Positions 16,728 through 26,326 of a DNA stretch of 37,385 bases are shown here, one piece after another (the first letter of the stretch is position 1; the number at the start of each line of letters is the position of its first letter). The position numbers and the translations under genes were made by a program. The notes under the pieces are model-generated. The model searched no databases. It saw only the letters and a program-made list of their open reading frames with translations, and was not told the origin of the DNA. The DNA is from an uncultured bacterium (GTDB taxonomy: Bacteria > Patescibacteriota > Minisyncoccia > Phycocordibacterales > PALSA-1337): the NCBI GenBank assembly GCA_903846945.1, contig CAINCE010000040.1, forward strand, positions 1-37,385, given 5' to 3'.

Positions 16728-19700
16728 TTAATACTCGAATGCTCCCCTCGTCCATGTCGTACGAGCTCTGCCACGTGCATCATATCCATACTCTGAACCG
16801 AGAGTTGCTCCGGCAGTCGTGTTTCCGGTCAATGCATAATTCTTCGTCGTCCAATCGATAAATGGTGAAGTATTCGCTGATATCACCACGTCTCCAGTAC
16901 CAGAAGGGGTATTTGTTGTGTAGATATATTCATTATGATGTTCGCCCCCTGAGGCTACCGAACTGACAGTCGCATTTGCACTATATGCAAGATTATTTAC
17001 AAAAGTATTGCCAGACCCAGAGTCAACGCCGGCAAGTCCACCACCCGGCTGTGGTTTCCCGAGTGCCGAATTCAAGAATGTATTGTTGTAAATATATGAG
17101 TTAGATATTGCAGCAAGCCCGCTGGCGACCTGGCCATTTCCACCGATAATAGCGCGTCCTGTCCAACCTTGATCAAAGACATTTCCGTAAATCTTGGAAT
17201 TAGTTATTTGCGACCCGTTAGCTGATATCACTTCGCTCAACCCTCCATCACCATATGTTCCATAGAAGAGAGAATATCTAACAATGAGATTGGTCGCTGG
17301 CGACCAGAGAGCATTGATAGGATTTCCATGGAAGTTATACGTCTGCGACGTATACATCTGCTCATAAACATTGTATTCCCACGTCACATTACTCCAAGTA
17401 CTCCTTCCTGCCATCACCAATGCTTGGCCCCAACCATAGAAGTAACTATGTGAGATTGTTAGATTACTAACTGACTCGTTGGTGTAACCTGCACTATATT
17501 CAGCAAAGAAGTGTCCGCCACCAGCAGTATTCGGAACGGTTACGTCCGTGGCTGCATACACATGTGATATCGATATATTTGTAAGTTGCAAACCATCGCC
17601 TGTAGTGCCGACATTGAACACGGCATATCGATTAGTAAAATTGATACCATAATCTGCACCATTGTTGTCAGGTGGCAAAACACTGAAGCCCGCACCCTTC
17701 TGACCATCGATCGTCCAGTATGAGGTGTTTACATCAAATCCGTCGATATTGGCTTGTCCTGTACCCATAGTAGTTTGATTCCAACCTATATCCGTTCCGT
17801 GACCTGATTGACCTGTTGCTCCTATAGCTTTCACAATGGAAATAGTTTGTGTGCCGTTTGCTGGAGTATCCAATGTTTTTCGTCCATAGGTTCCATCAGC
17901 TAAGTAGTATGTGGTTCCAGATGTTCCACGGCTGAAGGTTGGCCACCCAGCATATGCATTGCTCCAATCAGATCCATTCTTCAATCCGGCACCTGACGGA
18001 GTGATGTAATAGCAAGTACCAGTACAACCACTAGTTCCACCTCCACTCAATGTAAATGTCGCTGAGATCGCATGATTTGTCACTACATTGGAAAACGTAT
18101 AACTAGTCACTGCTCCCACTGATACCCCATCAACTGTGACAGAGGACACTTGATAGCCTCCAGCTGGTGTGATGGTGTATGTCTGTGATTTACCAGAATT
18201 AACTGTAGTTACTCCGACTGGAGAGATGGTGCCGTTCGAGCCCGCCGTGGCTGTGATGCTGTAGGTGACTGGCGCTAGGGTGCTGCCTGTGTATTCGTAG
18301 GCGCCGATGTCCCAGGCAGAGCCTTGAGGACGAGTGGTACCAATTATATCCTTTGCGAAGAATGTGGCATCCGGCGAATAGCCAGCATCGATTGTACCAC
18401 CAGTTGAAATAGTCGGAATCCAAAGACTGGCTTGCGTGTATCCTTGTCCGCTGGCCACCGACAGCGTCTGAACTAAATTATTCTTTCTCGTATAGCCCGC
18501 CGACGGGCCGTTGTCGTCAGTATAAACACTAGTACCGATAACATGATTATTTTCAATAACTATACTTGACGGTTGTGGAGAACCTGCGCGATTAACTACA
18601 TGGACTAGAGGTGTATTCGACAAAATATACGCTGTATTATTAAATATCTTGTATACACCACTTGTTTGATTTGCACCATAGTCATACGGATCTATCTCAA
18701 TAGCACCCTGGGAACTGATTTGCCCATAAAATATGTTATTGTATGCGTATAGAGTTGCACCACGACCATTCAAGTAAGCCATGTTCGCTCCATAATTTAC
18801 GTCATGAAATATTGAGTTACGAATGTACCCAACATTTGCACCCATGGTCATCGCGTCTAAATATACTCCATTAGTATGATAGTTTGGATCAAAACCACCA
18901 TTGGGGTTACTAATGTTATACATAGTATTATGATCATAATCTAGTGTAAATAGAACCGCACTACTATTGTCATGTAGGATACTATTTTTTATAGAACCAA
19001 CCGCTCTTACCATCACTCCATTCCATCTGCTAGAGTTTTCAGCATTTGATATTTCACAATTATCTATTAAATCCGTTGACTGATTTGATGCTGTTGAAGT
19101 GAAAATGACTCCCCCATGTGCACCATCAGATGAAGCTGTTGTTTTCCATCCATGGAGATAGCAGTTGCTAATAGTGATGTACGATGGGGAACCGCCGGAT
19201 ATGAGACCCGTCCCATCAATTGAACCTGTACTTACATGACTCAACTCAAGCCCATCTATCGTTATGTATGATAAACTTCCGAGTGAAAAAATGCTACTAA
19301 CCAGATAGTTTCCATCGAACACCGGCTTTACCCAACTCGTCCCTGTGTACCATGTTTGATCAACTCCATAGTAATCTCTAACAGTATCTGAACTACCGCT
19401 ATATGCTACGGTCAATGGTAGAGCTGCAGCCGGCCACGTAACCCCTCCCTTGAAGATGAACTTGTCTCCTGCTTGGTGTGTGTATGAACCTGTAAATCCG
19501 ACCATGCCAGGAGCTAGTTTCCATGGAGTAGACTTGGATGTTCCGTTGTTAGCATTAGAGCCTGTTGCGTAGTCTATATAGAAGCAACGTCCAGTACAGG
19601 ACGAGACTGAAATAGTAACCGTCACATTAGCACTCTTTGATAGAGAGACATTCCCCGCAGCATCCTTAGCCCAAGCATAGAGAGTGTAGGTACCGTTAGC

Positions 19701-22700
19701 AGAGACTGTGTAGGAGGTGGGAGCAGTAGATGTCCAGCCAGAAGCAGATGATGTAGGGGCTGTAGCTGTGGTAGTTACCATGTAGCCTGTTACATTTATG
19801 TTGTCTGTGGCTGTGAAGGTAGTTATGGGAACAGTTAGAGAGCTAGAGGTTGAGGGAATAGTGAAAGTGGTGACTGTAGGGGCCTGAGTGTCACCTCCTT
19901 GTGTGCCGGTGTATTCGTAAGCACCGATGTCCCAGACACCACCTGTTCCACGAGTGATACCGTCCATATCAGTGCTATAGAGACTAGCAAGTGTGGTTCC
20001 TGAAGTTGTCGGAGCTGCTAGATGGAAATCCCTGCTAGCAAAGCTCTTAAAGACAGAAGTTGTCGTTGTGAGATTCGTTGCTTGTGTTATACCGCTTCCT
20101 CCATTTTCAAAATATATTCCACCAGTATTTACGGAGATATTGTTCTTGATATCTATCCCACTGGTACTCGAATTAGCCATAACCCTAACTGATGCTTGAG
20201 GTAGATCAACAAAGGTATTGTTGTAGATCTTTATGTTCGTAAATGGCGCCGCCGAGCCACTATCTGCCTCACGGAATTCTACCCCGCGGGCACTGCCGAT
20301 ACCATCATAGAATAGGTTTCCGTATATTTCGACACCAGTGTGAGACATTCCCGGTGCCCAACCCAAGAAGATACCTTCGGCTGAGAAGTTATGAGACACA
20401 TTGTAACGGAAGATTGCGTAGGAACTCCCCAACCACCATATATTGTCATGATTGCCCGCATTTGAACTACTAAGATCGGCAAATTCAGAATACTCGACAG
20501 TCATATAATCATTGCCACCAGTGTTGCTATCCTGTATAGCCGTGGCCATTCCATGAAAATAGCAGTGACTAACTAACATATGAGATGTGTTACCTGCCGC
20601 ACTGTTAGCATTGATCCACATACCCAAGGTGTCTGGTGTAGTTAAGTAAGGATATGCACTAGCTCCTGCAGGTCCTGCTATCTCCATATACTTAAAACTA
20701 TTGTATGGGTGATTGCCGCTGGCCCAATAATTAATGCCTATGGAACCATTACCAAAAACAACCTTAATGCCCGCGTTATGTGTTGCTGTTGCACTGTATC
20801 CGTTGAAGTCGTAGTAGCCACTATTGCCGCTAGATGCTGGTTGGAACGAAAGTGATGAAAAGACTGCTTGTCCAACTCCATATGATGATACCCAACCGGC
20901 ACCATTGCCATGATCAGCGTCTGTTGCCTTCTTGATATAGATGTATGTTGATCCACTGGCATTATCTGCAAAGGTATGCGCACCGTATGAACCATCGGCC
21001 AGATAGTAGGTCGTTCCGCGTGTTAATGTTCCCGGTAAGTTTCCTGCCGCATTGCTCCAACTCGAACCATTTCCTGAGGATCCCGAACGGATGTAGTAGC
21101 AAGTCGTAGTAGGACACGCGCCTCCAGCAACAACCGCACTAAACGTCGCCGTAATCGTATGATTGGCTATAACATTGGAGAAGATGTATGAGGTCACTGC
21201 TCCCACTGATACCCCATCAACTGTGACAGAGGACACTTGATAGCCTCCAGCTGGTGTGATGGTGTATGTCTGTGATTTACCAGAATTAACTGTAGTTACT
21301 CCGACTGGAGAGATGGTGCCGTTTGAACCTGCTGTGGCGGTCAAAGTGTAAGTGGTAGGAGAAACGGAGCCGGTGTATTCGTAGGCACCTCTAGTCATAG
21401 TCGTTCTAGCAGCACCCGTTGGATCCGTAGTTGGAGCGCCTGCTACGATTCCGGCAGCAGTATTAGCCACTAGAGTAAAGTCTTCGTTAGTTATGTCTTT
21501 GAATGGATTTGTTGTACCAGTTGTTGCCCCTGTTTGAGAAGGCACCGTATATGGCTTTCCAGGGTAATAACCAACGAAGTGGTTATAACCTTGAGAATCA
21601 AACATTTGAGGATTGATTCCAGAAGAGTTGTAGAATATATTGTTGTACGCCACATTTCCTGTAGACCTATCTCCAATCAAGCCAAATACGTTAAGAATGC
21701 CGATAAAACTATTGTTGTAAACCTTGAAGTTTGAATTTTGTCTATTCGTCCATCCTCCAACAGCTCCGTCAGATCCTTGCCAACCTGTATTTCCGTTAGT
21801 AAAGACGTTACCATATATTTTGAAACTATCTCCGCCTAACATTAGACCTCCTGTGCTTTCCATCCATGTGAATATGGAATTTGCGAAGGTTATATTATTT
21901 ACCGCAACTCCTCCAGCCGGTCCTCCATTAACCAACAAACCTTGCCATATTGAAGCAAGTTCAGTATGTACGCTTGAATCTATTGCACTTGCTCTCCCAA
22001 ATTTTCCTCCATATAGATACTCTACGAACAAATTACTAGAAGAAACTCTGAAAAGGCAATTACCCATGTCGTGGAAGTAAGCATACCTCACAGTGAGATC
22101 ACTGGCATTTGGCCAAGTCTCGACCGCATGATTATATACTGAAGGTAAACCCCAATATCCAGCAATCTCTATATGAGCAAAATTGAAATGATTCAATCCA
22201 TCCACTCCTAGCAAGATACCTGAGCCTGAACTTGAAGTAGTTACATTGATCTTGAATCCAAATGGAGTCGACGCTCCTTTCCAGTTTCCATGTCCTCCAC
22301 CTGTAACCCCGTCAATATTCCAATAGTTTGTGGTGAACGAGAGAGTACCACTAAACGTCGCCTGATTTCCGTATGAAGCCTGCCATCCGGAAACGCTTCC
22401 TGAATTGGCTTGAGTTGCCTTAACTATGTTTACGTATGTTGTAGCAGATGGAGCTGTATTGAATGTCTTTCCTGAATATGATCCGCCTGCAATGTAGTAT
22501 GTAGCTCCACGAGCGAAGTTCGTGTTCCAACTTGCAGCATCAGTCCATGACGTTCCCCCTCCTGTTCCGTTTGGAGTGATATATCTGCATGTTCCAGTAC
22601 AACCTGCTCCTATAATGTTAGAAGTAAAGACTGCCGTTATGGTACCAGCCGCGGAAATTACAGCAGATTTGGTACAAGTCGTTGCATTTAGGGCGCATGT

Positions 22701-24617
22701 TGCTGCAATTCCGTTAACATCGAGTCCTGTAACAGTCGAATTAGAAGCTGCTGTAGCAGTCACTGTAACATTCGTCCCAGAAGGAATCGATGAGCATGAT
22801 ATCGCTCCACACGTGACTGTTCCTGAACCTGTTCCCAAGATTGTGGTGGTTAGAGCGAAATTTGGACTTGAACCCACCGTCACCGTCGCATTCACCACCG
22901 CCGACGTCACACCTGTTGCATTTGAACACGAGATACCATACGTTGTCGTTTGAGTGAGGTTTCCTGTTGATACTGAACCTGATATGGCCTTAGCACCTGC
23001 AAACGTTCCTCCTGTAGCTGTACAAGCTGTGGCGTTGGTTGAGACCCACGTCAGTGTCGAAGGTGATCCTGATGTCACAGAGGTTGGGTTAGCAGAGAGA
23101 GTAGCGGTTGGAGGTGGGGTGACTGTAGATTGTGTCGTCGCAGAGACAGATGATGATTGTAGAGATTCATTGTTTGCTGTATCTCTAGCAGATACAGTGT
23201 AGGAGTAGGTAGTGTTAGGGGTAAGATTAGTGTTCTGGAAGGTAGTACCTGTAATGTTAGGGTCATAGGAGACACCGTTCTTGTAGAGGGTGTACTTCAC
23301 TGTTCCACCAGAATTGTCTGTAGAAGGATTCCATGAGAGGTTAATCTGTGTAGAAGAGACAGCTGTAGCAGTTAGGTTTGTTGGTCTGGTTGGAGCTTGT
23401 GTGTCTGTCGAAGCAGGAGGGATGACGATAGGGACTGTCTTGTAGACGTATGTGCCTGTGATATTAGGAAGCTGGGTAGTATAACAGCCTAGTTGGACAT
23501 ATCCTGTGGTACCCATTCTGTCACCAAGTACTCCTAGGGTAGATGGAACGGTAACAGTGATGCTGTCGTTAGCACCTTTGACTATGCCTAAGGTGGAACC
23601 AAAGATCTTCTGGAGGAAGTTGTTTCCAATAGCTTCGATATTACAGCTCACGATGCCGCCAGAGGTTGTCCAAGTTAGGACGACTGTCTGTGAGCGTTGT
23701 GATGGTGTAGGGGTGGCAGTGAAAGAGGTGATGGCGGGAGTAGCTGATTGTGAGGTGGTGAACTGTTGAGCGATGGTTCCTGTCTGGTTCGATGCGGTAG
23801 ATCTGACCTGGAAGTAGTAGTGGGTGTTAGGTATGAGACCTGTGAGGGTTACAGAGTGAGAGGTGGAGAGAGTTGGGTCTAGAGTAGTATTACTGCCGAA
23901 TGATTGTATCAGACCATAGTAGACCTGTGTGTCAGATGGGATATTGGTTGTCCAGGTGATAGTGGCACCAGTAGAGGAGACTGTGTGGACGGAGACGCCG
24001 GAGACTTGAGGTGGGTAGGTTGGAGCTGGAGGGGTGGAAGGGGTGGTGGTGACGTTGAGGGTCGCATATATAGCTGCGTGACCCGTACCTCCTGTAGATG
24101 ATGGGAAGGTGGCTGGCATGGTTCCATATGTAAATGAAGCAGATTTGTAGGAACCAGAGGTACTCCATGGGAAGTACAGGTTGTTAGAGTTGGTGAGGTA
24201 TGTAAGCCAGTAGGTACCAGCTGTGAGAGATCTGGCGGTTACAGGAGAAGTGTTCCAACCAGATACTGGTGTAATCTCGTTGGTTTCAGCTACTTTGGCA
24301 CCACTAGTATCATATATACCTAGTCGAAGCTTGCCAGAAGGAGTAGTGACGTAGAAAGAGAGGCTCTGTACGGTAGCAGTCTGCCCGAGAGTAAATTGTT
24401 GACCTATGAGGTGGTTAGCATCACCGTGGTCATCTTGCTGAGTTAAGTTAGTACTGGTCTCACCCATGGTGACTGACTGGGTTACCTGTGCCACCTGTGT
24501 TTGTGGTGGTACTGTAGCTATGTTAGTAACTGGGTTTTGAGTAATGATGACAGAGAGTAGTGCTCCTACACCTATGACCGCTGCAAAGAGTGCTAGGGCT
24601 ATTTGGTTGGGTTTCAT
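16728..24617 (-). CDS. Giant (2629 aa) surface protein: N-terminal anchor, FN3/Ig/PKD-like stalk, InlB-B-like repeats and four right-handed beta-helix modules
   Basis: Hydrophobic N-terminus; FN3 patterns (LTGLIPNTHYYFQV, LTPNTTYSYTVSA); four ~400-aa Asn/Gly-rich modules starting CxxxC[RYF]YI and ending GA[YF]EY. Confidence 0.9.
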   Translation of the reverse strand: MKPNQIALALFAAVIGVGALLSVIITQNPVTNIATVPPQTQVAQVTQSVTMGETSTNLTQQDDHGDANHLIGQQFTLGQTATVQSLSFYVTTPSGKLRLGIYDTSGAKVAETNEITPVSGWNTSPVTARSLTAGTYWLTYLTNSNNLYFPWSTSGSYKSASFTYGTMPATFPSSTGGTGHAAIYATLNVTTTPSTPPAPTYPPQVSGVSVHTVSSTGATITWTTNIPSDTQVYYGLIQSFGSNTTLDPTLSTSHSVTLTGLIPNTHYYFQVRSTASNQTGTIAQQFTTSQSATPAITSFTATPTPSQRSQTVVLTWTTSGGIVSCNIEAIGNNFLQKIFGSTLGIVKGANDSITVTVPSTLGVLGDRMGTTGYVQLGCYTTQLPNITGTYVYKTVPIVIPPASTDTQAPTRPTNLTATAVSSTQINLSWNPSTDNSGGTVKYTLYKNGVSYDPNITGTTFQNTNLTPNTTYSYTVSARDTANNESLQSSSVSATTQSTVTPPPTATLSANPTSVTSGSPSTLTWVSTNATACTATGGTFAGAKAISGSVSTGNLTQTTTYGISCSNATGVTSAVVNATVTVGSSPNFALTTTILGTGSGTVTCGAISCSSIPSGTNVTVTATAASNSTVTGLDVNGIAATCALNATTCTKSAVISAAGTITAVFTSNIIGAGCTGTCRYITPNGTGGGTSWTDAASWNTNFARGATYYIAGGSYSGKTFNTAPSATTYVNIVKATQANSGSVSGWQASYGNQATFSGTLSFTTNYWNIDGVTGGGHGNWKGASTPFGFKINVTTSSSGSGILLGVDGLNHFNFAHIEIAGYWGLPSVYNHAVETWPNASDLTVRYAYFHDMGNCLFRVSSSNLFVEYLYGGKFGRASAIDSSVHTELASIWQGLLVNGGPAGGVAVNNITFANSIFTWMESTGGLMLGGDSFKIYGNVFTNGNTGWQGSDGAVGGWTNRQNSNFKVYNNSFIGILNVFGLIGDRSTGNVAYNNIFYNSSGINPQMFDSQGYNHFVGYYPGKPYTVPSQTGATTGTTNPFKDITNEDFTLVANTAAGIVAGAPTTDPTGAARTTMTRGAYEYTGSVSPTTYTLTATAGSNGTISPVGVTTVNSGKSQTYTITPAGGYQVSSVTVDGVSVGAVTSYIFSNVIANHTITATFSAVVAGGACPTTTCYYIRSGSSGNGSSWSNAAGNLPGTLTRGTTYYLADGSYGAHTFADNASGSTYIYIKKATDADHGNGAGWVSSYGVGQAVFSSLSFQPASSGNSGYYDFNGYSATATHNAGIKVVFGNGSIGINYWASGNHPYNSFKYMEIAGPAGASAYPYLTTPDTLGMWINANSAAGNTSHMLVSHCYFHGMATAIQDSNTGGNDYMTVEYSEFADLSSSNAGNHDNIWWLGSSYAIFRYNVSHNFSAEGIFLGWAPGMSHTGVEIYGNLFYDGIGSARGVEFREADSGSAAPFTNIKIYNNTFVDLPQASVRVMANSSTSGIDIKNNISVNTGGIYFENGGSGITQATNLTTTTSVFKSFASRDFHLAAPTTSGTTLASLYSTDMDGITRGTGGVWDIGAYEYTGTQGGDTQAPTVTTFTIPSTSSSLTVPITTFTATDNINVTGYMVTTTATAPTSSASGWTSTAPTSYTVSANGTYTLYAWAKDAAGNVSLSKSANVTVTISVSSCTGRCFYIDYATGSNANNGTSKSTPWKLAPGMVGFTGSYTHQAGDKFIFKGGVTWPAAALPLTVAYSGSSDTVRDYYGVDQTWYTGTSWVKPVFDGNYLVSSIFSLGSLSYITIDGLELSHVSTGSIDGTGLISGGSPSYITISNCYLHGWKTTASSDGAHGGVIFTSTASNQSTDLIDNCEISNAENSSRWNGVMVRAVGSIKNSILHDNSSAVLFTLDYDHNTMYNISNPNGGFDPNYHTNGVYLDAMTMGANVGYIRNSIFHDVNYGANMAYLNGRGATLYAYNNIFYGQISSQGAIEIDPYDYGANQTSGVYKIFNNTAYILSNTPLVHVVNRAGSPQPSSIVIENNHVIGTSVYTDDNGPSAGYTRKNNLVQTLSVASGQGYTQASLWIPTISTGGTIDAGYSPDATFFAKDIIGTTRPQGSAWDIGAYEYTGSTLAPVTYSITATAGSNGTISPVGVTTVNSGKSQTYTITPAGGYQVSSVTVDGVSVGAVTSYTFSNVVTNHAISATFTLSGGGTSGCTGTCYYITPSGAGLKNGSDWSNAYAGWPTFSRGTSGTTYYLADGTYGRKTLDTPANGTQTISIVKAIGATGQSGHGTDIGWNQTTMGTGQANIDGFDVNTSYWTIDGQKGAGFSVLPPDNNGADYGINFTNRYAVFNVGTTGDGLQLTNISISHVYAATDVTVPNTAGGGHFFAEYSAGYTNESVSNLTISHSYFYGWGQALVMAGRSTWSNVTWEYNVYEQMYTSQTYNFHGNPINALWSPATNLIVRYSLFYGTYGDGGLSEVISANGSQITNSKIYGNVFDQGWTGRAIIGGNGQVASGLAAISNSYIYNNTFLNSALGKPQPGGGLAGVDSGSGNTFVNNLAYSANATVSSVASGGEHHNEYIYTTNTPSGTGDVVISANTSPFIDWTTKNYALTGNTTAGATLGSEYGYDARGRARTTWTRGAFEY
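18106..18236. repeat. 131-bp identical direct repeat, copy 1
   Basis: Identical by eye to 21193-21323; encodes NGTISPVGVTTVNSGKSQTYTITPAGGYQVSSVTVDGVSVGAVT. Confidence 0.92.
21193..21323. repeat. 131-bp identical direct repeat, copy 2
   Basis: Identical by eye to 18106-18236. Confidence 0.92.
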
Positions 24618-24780
24618 GTGGTTAGTGTTAAATGAGAAGTCAAAAACGGAAAAACTGTCGCAAATACAACGACATTTTACATTTGTTTCTTCACATTTTG
24701 ACTTATGTTGTTAATAACGGCACCAATTTCCCCTTCCAGGGAGAGAATTGATATGGGTATTATAGCGTCAAGTGAGGATT

Positions 24781-24801
24781 TGTGGAAACTAGTTATCCAC
24801 A
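24781..24801. promoter_or_regulatory. DnaA box pair upstream of the giant gene
   Basis: Perfect TTATCCACA (24793-24801) and an inverted imperfect TGTGGAAAC (24781-24789); minus-strand TATAAT near 24759-24764. Confidence 0.55.
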
Positions 24802-24897
24802 TAATCCGAGCGCGGACGATATATGAGCGAAGCGAATATACCTTGGATGACGGGGGGGCCGCAAGGAATAATGGGATAACTAATTTTTAGGAGAGAC

Positions 24898-24921
24898 AAA
24901 AGAGCCCTTTTGGGGCTCTTT
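24898..24921 (-). terminator. Terminator of the ribosomal protein operon
   Basis: Minus strand AAAGAGCCCC-AAAAA-GGGCTCTTTT just after the rpsI stop. Confidence 0.8.
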
Positions 24922-24943
24922 ATAAAAATCTCAAATAAAAATA

Positions 24944-25354
24944 CTAACGTTTAGACCACTGTGGAGACTTGCGCGCTTTCTTCAAGCCGAACTTCCTGCG
25001 TTCCTTGGCACGGGCATCACGTTTCAAGAACCCAATCTTCTTCAATCGCCCACGAATGGTTATATCATAGACCAGTAATGCACGAGAGATACCATGTCGC
25101 ATAGCTTCTGACTGGGCAGATATACCTCCACCAGAAACTTTGGCTGTTATATGGAACTTTTCTGCGGCCTTACCATGAGTGATGGCATCCGTAACTGTCT
25201 GTTGCATCTCTTTTGTCGCAAAATATTCTTCGAGAGATTTCTCATTTACTTCATAGCTCGACTTTGGAGCAACGAAAAGTCTGACACGAGCAACAGCGGT
25301 CTTTCTGCGTCCTACAGCTTCGAAGTATTTTGTTTTGGTGGTTGTTGGGGTCAT
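24944..25354 (-). CDS. rpsI: 30S ribosomal protein S9
   Basis: GRRKTAVARV, GGGISAQ, ERRKFGLKKARKSPQWSKR. Confidence 0.98.
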   Translation of the reverse strand: MTPTTTKTKYFEAVGRRKTAVARVRLFVAPKSSYEVNEKSLEEYFATKEMQQTVTDAITHGKAAEKFHITAKVSGGGISAQSEAMRHGISRALLVYDITIRGRLKKIGFLKRDARAKERRKFGLKKARKSPQWSKR

Positions 25355-25363
25355 TGTTATGAG

Positions 25364-25473
25364 TTAAAAGTCTGTAAAGTCCTTAAAGTCTTAAAGTGGT
25401 GATTTGAGTGATAAATGACATTTGTTTGATTTATGGACTTTATAAACTTTATAGACTTTCGACTTTATGGACT
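25364..25473. repeat. Inverted array of 9-mer repeats (TAAAGTCNN / GACTTTATN)
   Basis: aaagtc units on the left arm; gactttata/gactttc/gactttatg units on the right arm. Confidence 0.85.
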
Positions 25474-25816
25474 ATTCCTTGATTGATAAATTCTGCATTC
25501 TTTTGTCACGCAACCTATTGTCTGGCAACATCCTGTAGATCGCTCTGCGAAATACTTCACCAAAACCGCGTCGTGCTATGAGTGCGGCCAATGTCTCACT
25601 ATTTAATCCTCCACGGTGACCTGTATAAGTGACATAGACATCCTTGATCTTCTTCTCCGCAGAAATATCCGCCATCGCGACATTGGAAATCTCTACTTTC
25701 GTATCTGCGATTTTGTTCTTCGCAAAAGTTGGTGAATTCTTACCCATGAGAACAGAAGCTGCTTCACTAGCAACTCTTCCCAACTTTCTTCCTTGTGCAT
25801 CGATCTTGTAATTCAT
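25472..25816 (-). CDS. rplM: 50S ribosomal protein L13 (short form)
   Basis: IDAQGRKLGRVAS..A..LMGK, TGHRGGL, AIYRMLP.N.LR. Confidence 0.96.
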   Translation of the reverse strand: MNYKIDAQGRKLGRVASEAASVLMGKNSPTFAKNKIADTKVEISNVAMADISAEKKIKDVYVTYTGHRGGLNSETLAALIARRGFGEVFRRAIYRMLPDNRLRDKRMQNLSIKE

Positions 25817-25845
25817 ATTTATGCTGATTTTTATTAATGGAATTA

Positions 25846-25913
25846 TGATATATGAGATATGAAATATGATTTTTTAATTGATCTTATATCTTATTTCATA
25901 TTTCCTATCTCAT
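25846..25913. repeat. Inverted array of heptamers (ATATGAN / NTCATAT)
   Basis: ttatgat atatgag atatgaa atatga ... tcttata tcttatt tcatatt tcctatc tcat. Confidence 0.8.
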
Positions 25914-26264
25914 CTAAACAAACTCGATAATAGCCATCGCCGCACCATCTAGGACGCGATTGGGCATTTTGATAATCCTAGTGTATCCTCCTGCGCGTTT
26001 CATGTACTTGGGAGCAAGGACATCGAAAAGTTTCTTTGTCTCATCACTACCCTGTATACGAGCATTGACTATGCGTCTACCTGCTACCGTACCAGACTTT
26101 GCAGAAGTAATCAATTTCTCCACAAAAGGACGAACTTCCTTGGCCTTCGCTAGAGTCGTGCGCATCTTGTCATCACGAATGAGGTTGCGCGCCAAAGAAC
26201 GCATGAGAGCATGTCTCTGTGTCTTTTCTCTGCCGAATTTTCTTGTGTTTGAATGGTGTCTCAT
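25914..26264 (-). CDS. rplQ: 50S ribosomal protein L17
   Basis: MRH...RKFGR, TTLAKAKEVR..VEKLIT, R.GGYTRIIK. Confidence 0.98.
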   Translation of the reverse strand: MRHHSNTRKFGREKTQRHALMRSLARNLIRDDKMRTTLAKAKEVRPFVEKLITSAKSGTVAGRRIVNARIQGSDETKKLFDVLAPKYMKRAGGYTRIIKMPNRVLDGAAMAIIEFV

Positions 26265-26269
26265 ATTAG

Positions 26270-26326
26270 TTAAGTCCTTAAAGTCTGAAAGTTTTTAAAG
26301 TCCCTACTTTATGGACTTTCGACTTT
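26270..26326. repeat. Inverted array of AAGTC/GACTTT repeats
   Basis: taagtcct taagtctg aaagtttt taaagtcc ... actttatg gactttc gacttt. Confidence 0.75.

Noticed and set aside
18106-21323. Repeat pair as a diversity-generating retroelement TR/VR
   Set aside because: The copies are identical, flanking differences are mostly synonymous, both lie in one CDS, and no reverse transcriptase is present.
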